Part shown: positions 53,370 through 64,000 of the stretch, piece after piece
How positions within the stretch are numbered: position 1 is the stretch's first letter
Layout: every line of letters starts with the position of its first letter
The notes under the pieces: generated by a model
What the model was told of the DNA's origin: nothing
The model's input: the letters and a program-made list of their open reading frames with translations, nothing else
The model's database searches: none
Origin: Eledone cirrhosa
Taxonomy: Eukaryota
Reading direction: 5' to 3'
Assembly (NCBI GenBank): GCA_964016885.1
Contig: OZ024740.1
Coordinates: 108,128,001 to 108,192,000, forward strand
DNA: 64,000 nt
Program-made: the position numbers and the translations under genes

Positions 53370-53471
53370 TATACTCTGTTCTGTAGGAGCAACAAGTGCT
53401 CAAACGGCATACCGCTTAAGGACGCTTTAAGCATCCCACATTATACCAAGTAACTCGTCTATTACGGTTTC

Positions 53472-54176
53472 TATAGACGAGTTACTTGGTATAATGCTCC
53501 ATTTAATTTACAAATTAAGGATAATATTGCTAAAAAATTTTTTAATATCCTAGAGAAAAACTTCTCGCCAAACCACAAATACCATCAAATCTTAAATAGA
53601 TCAACAGTTAAATTCTCATACTCAACAACCAAAAACATAAAACAAAATATAAGTGCCTATAATGCATATAAATGTAAAAAAACCATAAGTATACCACCAA
53701 TACATCAAACTAACCATAATATCTCCTCAAATACAGAATTAACGAAAGGTTGTAACTGTAGAAACAAAGCAAACTGCCCATTAAAAGGAAATTGTCTTGT
53801 TAACAACATAGTTTATAAATGTAAAGTTAAAACTAAAGATTCTATTTGCTCATATATAGGAGCTACTTCTAACAATTTTAAGGTAAGGTTTAATACCCAC
53901 AAACATAGTTTTAAAAATGCCGCAGTGGCTAATACAACATCTCTAGCAGAAAAAATTAATAGTTATAGAAATAAGAATATAGAATATGATATGACCTGGA
54001 GTGTGCTCAAAAGAGCCACCCCTTATCAAAATAATAGAAATGAATGTAGATTGTGTTCCCAAGAACTATTTGAAATAATGAAATCTAAGGATATCCTATT
54101 AAATAAGCGACAGGAATTAATTATATCGTGTAATCATAAACTGAGAAAAACATTTAAATATTATAAACCTAATTAA
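53472..54176 (+). pseudogene. GIY-YIG endonuclease domain of a Penelope-like element (open frame, no start)
   Basis: VTWYNAPF...CNCRNKANCPLKGNCL.NNIVYKC...YIGAT...FKVRFNTHKHSF...CRLCSQE...LNKRQELIISCNH. Confidence 0.9.
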
Positions 54177-55080
54177 TAATATATATTTTAGAAATTAATA
54201 TATAAATTAATTTAAATGTAGTTAACCTATAATTTTAATTTAATTAAAATTCTACTACAGATGAAATTAAAAAATATTGTGTAATCATAAACTGTGAAAA
54301 ACTTTTAAATATTATTAACATAATTAATATATACTTTGGAGATTAATATATAGATTAATTTTAGTTTATTTAACCTTTTATTAAAATTCCTTTACAGATG
54401 AAATATAACAAAATATCGTGTAATCAATAACAGAGAAATACTTTTTAATATTATAAACCTAATTAATATACAATTTAGAAATTAATTTATAAATTAATTT
54501 TAATTTAGTTAACCTATAATTTTAATTTAGTTAGCTTAAAATTAAAATTCTAATACAGATGGATTGCAGAATATCATGTAATCATAAACTGAGAAAAACT
54601 TTTAAATATATACCTAATTAATATATTCTTTACAAATAAATATATAGATTAATTTTAATTTAGTTAACCTATAATTATATTCTACTATAGATAAAATACA
54701 AAATTTTGCTTTAATTATTATAAACCTAATTAACATATACTATAGAAATTAATATATAATTTTTAATTTAGTTAACCTATAATTAATATTCTACTACCGA
54801 TGAAATACTTGATTTGGCTTTCCCTATTACAAAATTCATTTCCTAAAATTGATACCATCATGTTAATATTTTTAATTTAGTTATGCTATAATTAATACTC
54901 TACTACTGTTTAACTTCATAATTCCGCTTTAAATATAAACCTAAGTAGTATACACCTTAGAAATTAATATATTAACTATTTTTACTTTAATTAACCTATA
55001 ATTAATAGTCTACTTATATTAAAATGCATAATTTAGCCTTCTTTCTTATAGATACCATTTCCTAATACTGACACTACTAT
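54128..55080. repeat. AT-rich tandem repeat, ~120-155 bp units
   Basis: TGTAATCATAAACTGAGAAAAAC...AAACCTAATTAA...GTTAACCTATAATT...TACAGATG recurring about 6-7 times. Confidence 0.85.
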
Positions 55081-55297
55081 GTAAACACATATTATGATTT
55101 AAATGCAGATTAATATTCTATGTTCCTTCAAACCTATATTTACTATTTCCCACTAATAATTTTAACCCCCCCCCCCCATAATTATTAGTATTTGTAAGCG
55201 TGGATGTATGTATGTGTATGTAAGTATGTATGTATGTTTGTGTGTTTGTATGTGAGTATAAAAATACATATGTGCGCATGTAAATAAGTGTGTATGA

Positions 55298-55340
<43 letters not shown>

Positions 55341-55438
55341 CGTGTATGTATGTATGTGTATGTATATGTATTTGTAGAGATGTGTGTATGTATGTGTATA
55401 TATGTGCATAATTGTCTGACTGTGTGTATTTATTTATT

Positions 55439-55549
<111 letters not shown>

Positions 55550-55651
55550 TATGTGTGTATGTATGTCTCTATATTTATGTATGTCTGAGTGTGTGGTTGT
55601 GTGTATATATACATGGATATGTGTGTGTATGTATATATATGTGTGTATATA

Positions 55652-55698
<47 letters not shown>

Positions 55699-56069
55699 AT
55701 GTATGTGTGTATCGAACGTATGGATGTGTAAATGTGCGTATGTATATAAGCATGTATATTTTATGTCTCTCTTTTATGTTTTTTTATGTTTTTATTATAT
55801 TTCTTTTATTATATTTCTTTTTATTTCTAAATTTATAGATACATTTTTATAAATATGCTGAGTCTGACACCCTCCTTAATTACTTACTCCCTTACCTCCT
55901 TTTAATTCTGCATCTAGATGTGTGTGTGGCTGTGTTTATGTGTGCGCCTCAATATCCATATAGTTATAATAATAATATATACGTATGTGTGTGTGTGTGT
56001 GTATATATGCGTGTGTGTTCGTAGATATGTGTGTGTTTATGTGTATATGCGTGTGTGTGTATGAATGTA

Positions 56070-56114
<45 letters not shown>

Positions 56115-56363
56115 ATTTTGTCTGTGGATTATAGACATACAGAGACATTAGCCCTGAATTTTTATATTTACATACACTTTTTTCGACATGCGTATGCATG
56201 TGAACATACATTTTTATGCATATCTGTGAACGAAGTTACTTACATATATACACACACCTACTGTATTTTCTTGATGAATTTTTATGTATTTCATTGGTCT
56301 ATTTAAAATCTGTTCCCAAACAGACCTGTAATTTTGAATTGTTGTTATTATCAATAAATATAC

Positions 56364-56506
56364 TTCATTATTTCTGAAGACAGCATATATATGTGTTGGT
56401 ATGTATATTCTCTTTGATAGTTTGTATAATTTTGTACATAGATCTTTTGAATATGCATGTCAATTCTAACACATATATGTCCTAGAAACGATCGTTAAAT
56501 AATGAA
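56364..56506 (+). ncRNA. Type I hammerhead ribozyme with extended stem II in the Penelope pLTR
   Basis: Perfect 10-bp stem I TTCATTATTT / AAATAATGAA; core CTGAAGA and GAAA; stem III C-GATC-G with a palindromic loop; GUU triplet; ~100-nt stem II hairpin. Confidence 0.8.
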
Positions 56507-56591
56507 CTTTTTTTGTTTAATATAAGGAACTGTTTCATTGTTTTATTCATTATTTTTTTAATATTTTATGTTATATATATATATATATATA

Positions 56592-57572
56592 CAAGTGCCC
56601 ACAAAATACTAGCTCTTTCAATTGCGCAGAGGGTTCTATAGAAATAGTGGACAGCTTCCGCTACCTGAGCGATAAAATCAGCAGTGGAGGAGGGTGCTCT
56701 GAAAGTACTGTAGCTAGAGTCAGAACTGGTTGGAAAAAGTTCAGAGAGCTTATACCACTATTAGCTGCTAAAGGGTTCTCCCTAAAAATGAAAGGCAGGT
56801 TGTACGATGCCTGCATACGAACAGCAATGCTGCATGGCAGTGAGACCTGGGCATTGTGTGCAGAGGATATACGCAGACTAGAGAGGAACGAAGTTTGCAT
56901 GCTCCGCTGGATGTGTAACAGTAATATACGTGAACGGCAAAGCATAAACGAACTAAGGAAAAAATTAGAGATAAGAGGGATCAGCTGTTGTTTACTCGAG
57001 AGAAGGCTACGTTGGTATGGACACGTGATGTGCATGAAAGTCGATAGCTGTATAACAAAGTGCAGGGCAATAAAGATAGACGGTAGCCACGGAATAGGCA
57101 GACCTAGAAAAACCTGGGACGAGCTGATAAACTCCGACCTCACACACTTACACCTCTCCAAGACAATGTCACTGGACCGAGACCTTTGGCGGTACTCAGT
57201 AACAGAGAAGACCCGCCTTGCCAGTAGGCATCTCTAACAAAATACACCCCAGTCCCGCCACCACCCCGTTCTATGTAAAGTTATGTTGGTGCCGCGCCAT
57301 CCAGGCCGAAACAAATGAGATCGTGTAGGTGTCACGACAAAAAAACACACAGTCCACGCTGTAATGTGGCCGTGTAGGCAACACGGTAAAAACCTCCCAG
57401 ACCCACACTGTAAATGTGGTTGGTGTTAGGAAGGGCATCCAACTGTAGAAAACCTGCCAGACAGTCCTATGCGAGCAAGACAATCACTCTTGCCTCAAGT
57501 GGGACTACCCCCGTCCAAACCCATGCAAGCGTGGAACACGGACGTTAAACGTTGATGATGATGATGATGATG
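56592..57572 (+). mobile_element. RTE LINE 3' fragment (RT C-terminus, 3'UTR, (GAT)n tail)
   Basis: ORF 56647-57237 (GSETWAL, RRLRWYGHV, GRPRKTW), similar to the C-terminus of ORF 59605-61230. Confidence 0.92.
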
Positions 57573-57575
57573 ATA

Positions 57576-57630
<55 letters not shown>

Positions 57631-57716
57631 ATATATTATATATATATATTATATATATATATATTATATTATATATATATATATATTATATATTATATAT
57701 ATATATATTATATATA

Positions 57717-57801
<85 letters not shown>

Positions 57802-57847
57802 TATATATAATATATATATATATTATATATATATATATTATATATAT
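57573..57847. repeat. (TA)n imperfect microsatellite
   Basis: Direct reading. Other long (TA)/(TG) tracts at 17080-17800, 51940-52095, 55200-56110 and 63540-63795. Confidence 0.95.
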
Positions 57848-59285
57848 CATCATCATTGGGAGGTGCATTCTTCATGGGGGAGGGATTTAGTGTTTACAAC
57901 AGACACTCTGTCACGTCTTCTGGTAAGGATATAATCTACCTGGCTTGTGTGTTCCCCGGATCTATAGGTGATCAGGTGATTGTCACGTTTTTTGAAGTTA
58001 GTGTTACAGATAGTTAGGTTATTTGCATCACAGAATTCCAGGATTCTGGAGCCTTCCTCATTTCTAGTACCAAACCCATAGCCTCCATGGATTTCGTCGT
58101 AGCCGTCACAATGTTGTCCAACGTGACCATTTAGGTCGCCTGCAATAATTATATAGTCACTGTCAGATATTTGGGAGGTAGTGAGCATCAGTGTCTCATA
58201 GAATCTGTCTTTTATAGTGCCGGGCAGTCCGGATTGGGGTGCGTACGCAGATATTACTGTCACCGTAGTTCTATTGAGGACAAGTCGTATTTTAATTATT
58301 CTGTCGTTCACTCTATTTACGTCTATTATCTTATCTGCCCACTTTTCTGCTACCATGATTCCTACTCCACCCAGCCCATCGTCGTTTCCCACCCAGAAAA
58401 GCTTATAACATCGTTTTTTACCCTCAATGAATCTAGCAGACCCACCCCTCCACCTGGTCTCTTGAATACAACAAACATCGACCTCCTTACGTTCAAGCAT
58501 TTCTACAACCTCGTTAGCGCGACCCTTTAGGGTTTAGGGTGCCTACATTTATGGTACCAACTCTGAAGTTTTGGATTGCGTTTGGAGGGTGGGGGTGGGG
58601 TGGGTGGGTGGGGAGATGGGGTTATGTTAGCCATCCGCGGGCGAAACAAAGAGGAGTGCTCGCATTCTCGTCCACGAGGTGAATTTGACTTTAACTTTGG
58701 CATTTTCGCTCTGAGCGTCCAGATTTTTCTCTCCCTTCCACTCTCCAGGATTCCGCAGTCCGTCCATCCATCCATCCATCCATCCATCCATCATATATCG
58801 AAGGCAACCGTGCAAGCGATAGTATAGGCCTCTGGCTTATGATTGGTCCGCGTAATAATAATAATGGTGATGCGTGTGGGGGGGGGTCTCTGGCTTATAA
58901 TAATAATAATGGTGATGCGTGTGGGGGGGGTCTCTGGCTTATGATTGGTCCACGTATTAAGAATGGTGGTGTGTGGGGGCGGGTGGGAGGGTTGTGGGGT
59001 AGCTAGCTGGAAGGTTATGAATGTTTAACAAGCGATTAACAAAAAGCAAAACTGCAAGATTTGTTCTGTTCAATACGACAAAAACACCGTATTTAAACCT
59101 TAATAAATAACAAAAAATACAGATTTCGGATTTTGCAAGATTGGATGTTTGGACTATGTACGAAATTGTGGTGTGGAGTAGATAGGAAAAACGTGAACGT
59201 TACGATTACATGGTTACACCGTGGTAGGAATAGTTGAAGCAGCAATTGTTTGGCGAAAGTGAATAAACATGAACGGGAATTTATC
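57848..59285 (-). mobile_element. RTE LINE 5' fragment (5'UTR plus APE endonuclease), 3'-truncated
   Basis: ORF 57853-58500: CIQETRW, SAYAPQ, GDLNGHVG, QVDYIL; breaks at EECTSQ. Confidence 0.9.
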
Positions 59286-59298
59286 TTATATCATATAT

Positions 59299-62200
59299 AT
59301 CATCATCATCATCATCATCACCGTTTTACGTCCGTTCTTCCACGCTAGCATGGGTTAGACGGGTTGTCCTGTTGTGGGCAGTGTCTGGTCGGCTGACCAT
59401 GCCTTGCTCATACAGGAACTGATCTGGCTTGATTTCTACAGCTGGATGCCCTTCCTAACACCAACCTCATTTACAGTGAGTGCTGGGTGATTTTTCGTGG
59501 CGCCTACACGTCTACTTTACAGTGTGGGCTGGGTGCTTTTTTTGCTGTGGCACCTCCACGACCACCTTGCAGTGGGGGGAGTGGGGGCATATTGTTTATA
59601 TGCTTCAGCATGTACCCATGGGAGGTCGGGTACCCTGTATTACTGCGTGACGCCAGAAGTCACGGTCGTGTGTCATTGTCTTTGAGAGGTGTAGTTGGGT
59701 AAGGTCGGCTTTTATCACCTCATCCCAAGTTATCTTGGGTCTCCCCACTCCGCGGTTTCCATCAACTTCTAGTGCTCTGCACCTTTTTATGCAGCTGTCA
59801 TCCTTCATACGCATCACATGTCCATACCAGCGTAACCGCCTCTCCTGCACGCAGCATTTGATTCCTCTTATGCTCAGTCTCTCTCTCAATTCCTTTATGC
59901 TTTGTCGTTCACGTATATTACTGTTACACATCCATCGGAGCATGCAGGCTTCGTTTCTCTCTAATCTACGTAAGTCTTCCACCTTCAGCGCCCAGGTCTC
60001 ACTACCATGCAACATCGCTGTTCGGATACACGCATCATACAGTCTGCCTTTCATTCTGAGGGAGAAGCCTTTTGCAGCTAGCAGTGGTAGTAATTCCCTA
60101 AACTTCTTCCATCTCGTTCTTACCCTAGTTATTGTACTTTCTGAGCACCCACCTCCGTTGCTAATTCGGTCACCTAGGTAGCAGAAGCTGTCTACTGTTT
60201 CTACAGGGCCCTCCCAGAGATTGGTGGTACTTGTTTCCTGTGGCTGTTTGCTTGCTGTTTCAGCACAGCTGCTGCATGTGAATCCTACATTCTTAATTAA
60301 ACTTCCTGAGATCCCGCTACATCTCTTGTGTACCCATTGTTTGCATTTGGGGCAGAGAATGGAGTTCCTACCTACACCTTTCCTACATACTGAGCAAGGC
60401 CATTTCCCTGAGGGGATCTGGGTTCTGTTTTCTCGTCTACTTACAAGGACCTTAGTCTTTGTCATGTTGACTTTGAGGCCCTTTCTCTCTAGTCCCTGCT
60501 TCCAGGTTTGGAATTTATTCTCTAGTTCTACCATAGATTCAGCTATGAGTGCGAGGTCATCAGCATACAGGAGTTCCCATGGGCATCCGGTCTTAAACTC
60601 CTCCATTATTGCCTGCAGGACTATGATGAACAGGAGAGGGCTAAGAACAGAGCCCTGGTGGACCCCAACCTGTACGCTAAATTCCTCGCTATACTCATTG
60701 CTAATCCTAACTTTGCTGACTGCTCCCCTATACATGGCTTGTACCGCTTTCACAAGCCATTCATCTACTCCTAGTTTTCTAAGAGCCCACCAGATTACTG
60801 CACGTGGAACTCTGTCAAAGGCTTTCTCAAGGTCGACAAATGCCAAGTAGAGTGGCTTACTTTTAGCTAGGTACTTTTCCTGTAATTGCCTCACAAGGAA
60901 GAGGGCATCAGTGGTGCCTCTCCCTGGTACAAACCCAAATTGCATCTCGTCTATATTCACCCGGTCCCTAATCAGCTGTGCTATAACTCTTTCTGTTACT
61001 TTCATGACCTGGTCCATCAACTTTATACCTCTATAGTTTCCTCTATCTAGTGCATCGCCTTTACCTTTGTAGCAGTTGACAATGATGCTACTGCACCAAT
61101 CTTTTGGTATGGCCCCTTCTAGTATTACCTGGTTAACAATACGTGTGGTTATAGTGTGACCTACAGACCCAGATGCCTTCAGCATCTCGGCAGCTATACC
61201 CGATGGACCGGTTGCCTTCCCCATCTTCATGTCTCTGATTGCCTTACTTACTACGCTGCCGCTGACTTGGTCCCTCTATAGGGTCTACATGGGGTAGGGT
61301 CTCTTCTTCCCATGCATTCTCCTCATTTAGTAATCTATCATAATGACTCTTCCATGCATCTTTCTTCTCAGCACTTGTGAGGGCAAGCTCACCTTTATCA
61401 TTCCGGATACACTTCTCTCCAATGACATTACAACTATCTCTGACACACTGCCTCGCAATCTTGAATACCTCCTGTTTCTGGTCCTCACGTTGTAAAACAT
61501 GCTTGAATTTTCTATCCTCTGCTTCCCTCCTAGCTAAGTATACTTGTCGCCTAGCTTCCCTCTTGGTCTCTATGTAATGTACCCTGCTCCCCCCGTTCTT
61601 CCATTCTTTCCATGCCTGTCTCTTGGCCTTGACTGCTTCATCTACCTTATTGTTCCACCACCAAGTCACTCTCCTCCTGCTTGAGGTCTTACTCCAGCCA
61701 CAAACCTCATCCGTCGCCTCTAGTAAGTTATTTTTTAGGAACTCCCAGTTCTCTTCTACGTTAAATGTCTCTATCTGTTCTTCTTTACTGTCGTAGGCGT
61801 TGAGTAAAATATCTTTAAATCTGTTACTGGTTGAGGGGACTTTCATCTTCCAGATCTTTCTTCTCCAGGTTGGCCTCTGTTTCCGGGTTCATCTAGTTCT
61901 GACCGTGAGGTCGCTGACAACTAAGCTATGTTGGGATGTACATTCCTCACTAGGGAAGGCTTTTGTGTTTACGACCGTCCATCTGTCACGTCCTCTGATG
62001 AGGATAAAATCTAACTGACTAGAGTGCTCCCCTGATCTATAGGTGATCAGGTGGTTGTCGGGTTTTTTAAAGTTTGTGTTACATATCGACATGTCATTGG
62101 CGTCGCAGAATTCTAGAAGTCTGAATCCTTCCTCATTCCAACTCCATGGCCTCCATGTACTCTATTGAAGCCGTCGCAGTGTTTACCTACGTGTCCATTA

Positions 62201-63530
62201 AAATTTCCTGCAATGATTAGGAAGTCCTTGTCGTTTGTTAGAGCAGTAGTGTGTATTAGGGACTCGCAAAACCTATCCTTAAGTTCGTCTGGCAGCCCCG
62301 ATTGGGGTGCGTAAGCTGATATTATAGTGGTAATTGTCTTATTCAGGACTAGTCTGAGTTTAATGATTCTTGCATTTACCCTGTACACTGAGATTACTTT
62401 ATCTACCCACTTGTCAGCTAATAGTATACCTACACCACCCATCCCATCGTCATTTCCCACCCAGAAAAATTTGTAGCACTGGCTTTTTCCTACAAGGACT
62501 CTAGCAGACCCTCCTCTCCATCTAGTCTCTTGCACACAGCATACATCAACTTCCTTTCGCTCTAGCATTTCTACGATTTCTCCTGCTCTTCCTTTCATTG
62601 AGCCTACATTGATGGTACCAACTCGGAGTTTTGGGCATTTGTCGACACTCGTAGGGGAGGGTCTCTGGGTTGGCGCTTCACGTGGGTGCTTGGTAGCTCG
62701 CAGATTCATATTTCATCTATTGATTCAGAGTTGCTCAAATGTATTCTCAGCTCATCCATCCATAACGGTGGGAAAATTGAGGGCTAGAAGAACAGTGGTG
62801 GGGGGGTAATGGCAGGGTGTGTTGGGATGCGCCAGAGGAGGAGAGAGTTAGTTAGGCAGGTAGTAGCAGCAGCAGTGGAAATGGCATGCTAGGTTTGATT
62901 GGTCGAATAGACTATGGTGGTGTGTGGGGGTGGGGGGAGGGAACCTGTGAGGTAGGAACTGAGGGTCGCATGGTAAATAACTGAGAGAGATACAATAGAA
63001 TTAGAATACCGCATGGTAAATATCCAAGTTAATACTACATCAGTAAAATTAACAATAATAACGTCATGAAAACTACTAAGAAAAACCCTCGAAAATTTAT
63101 CGCTAATACAGCAGGGAACATCATTAATATTAACAACAATATGTAGGCTAAAATACCTTCGGAGATTAGTAAGGATGGATGGATGGCTGGAACAATTGGA
63201 ATCAACTCTAGTGATACATTTTAGCAGAGAAGAATGGGAAAGTGTCTTATCTCTTCAATATTTTCAGTTTGAATGAATTAGGTTGAATAGGTTAAAGACA
63301 GGGTAGTAAACCTTAAAGAGATGCATAGAGAGGGGGGGGGGGTAGGAACTGAGGGTCGCATGGTAAATAACTGAGAGAGATACAATAGAATTAGAATACC
63401 GCATGGTAGATATCCAAGTTAATACTACATCAGTAAAATTAACAATAATAACGTCATGAAAACTACTAAGAAAAACCCTCTAAAATTTATCGCTAATACA
63501 GCAGGGAACATCATTAATTCCCACTGTTCC
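59299..63530 (-). mobile_element. Near full-length RTE-clade LINE (APE-RT), mildly disrupted
   Basis: ORF pieces 62709-62113, 62092-61889, 61846-61244 and 61230-59605 with QETRW, SAYAPQ, KAFD, QGSVLSP, LYADDL; 3'UTR with (GAT)n tail. Confidence 0.95.
62950..63518. repeat. ~180-bp direct repeat in the RTE 5'UTR (62950-63128 and ~63340-63518)
   Basis: GGTAGGAACTGAGGGTCGCATGG...CAGGGAACATCATTAAT present twice, nearly identical. Confidence 0.9.
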
Positions 63531-63540
63531 TCTACCTTGT

Positions 63541-63576
<36 letters not shown>

Positions 63577-63677
63577 ATATATATGATATATATAATATAT
63601 ATATATATATATATAATATATATATATATATGATATATATAATATATATATAAATATTATGTATATTATGTATATAT

Positions 63678-63708
<31 letters not shown>

Positions 63709-63792
63709 TATGTATATATATATATAATATATATATATATATTATGTATATATATATATATATATATCATATATATTATATATATATATATA

Positions 63793-64000
63793 TATGTAAA
63801 GTTATGTTGGTGCCGCGCCATAGGCCGAAACAAATGAGATCGTGTAGGTGTCACGACAAAAAAACACACAGTCCACGCTGTAATGTGGCCGTGTAGGCAA
63901 CACGCTAAAAACCTCACAGACCCACACTGTAAATGTGGTTGGTGTTAGGAAGGGCATCCAACTGTAGAAAACCTGCCAGACAGTCCTATGCGAGCAAGAC
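63793..64000 (+). mobile_element. RTE 3'UTR copy running off the window end
   Basis: Nearly identical to 57272-57480. Confidence 0.9.

Noticed and set aside
58526-58541. TTTAGGGTTTAGGG telomere-like repeat
   Set aside because: A 7-bp duplication inside the RTE APE coding sequence (VGTLKG) that causes a frameshift.
59735-60850. Long plus-strand ORFs (148 and 209 aa), and similar antisense ORFs over the zinc-finger and Tx1 sequences
   Set aside because: Antisense shadows of real coding frames.

Overview
AT-rich, microsatellite-laden animal genomic DNA. The SINE, RTE and Penelope content and the single-exon C2H2 gene suggest a coleoid cephalopod (Octopus-like); this is an inference. Host genes: (1) a minus-strand 783-aa C2H2 zinc-finger CDS (3420-5771), probably with a non-coding first exon and CpG-rich promoter near 22.3-22.7 kb; (2) the last coding exon of an unidentified minus-strand gene (52147-52337) with a probably long 3'UTR. 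Most of the rest is mobile DNA: two Naiad-type Penelope-like elements (RT/GIY-YIG) with inverted pLTRs and hammerhead-ribozyme motifs, an R4/Dong-like LINE and an L1/Tx1-like LINE sitting head-to-head in one (ATT)n tract, a near full-length RTE LINE with its partner tRNA-SINE, further RTE fragments, piggyBac-, Tc1/mariner- and hAT-type MITEs, minisatellites and foldback palindromes. Most notable: a candidate 52-nt intron that would fuse Tx1 ORF1 to ORF2 in frame, several hammerhead motifs in foldback pLTR remnants, decayed zinc fingers interleaved with SUMO-like motifs, and a minisatellite with superimposed 2- and 3-unit periodicity. All coordinates were read by eye and repeat boundaries are approximate.
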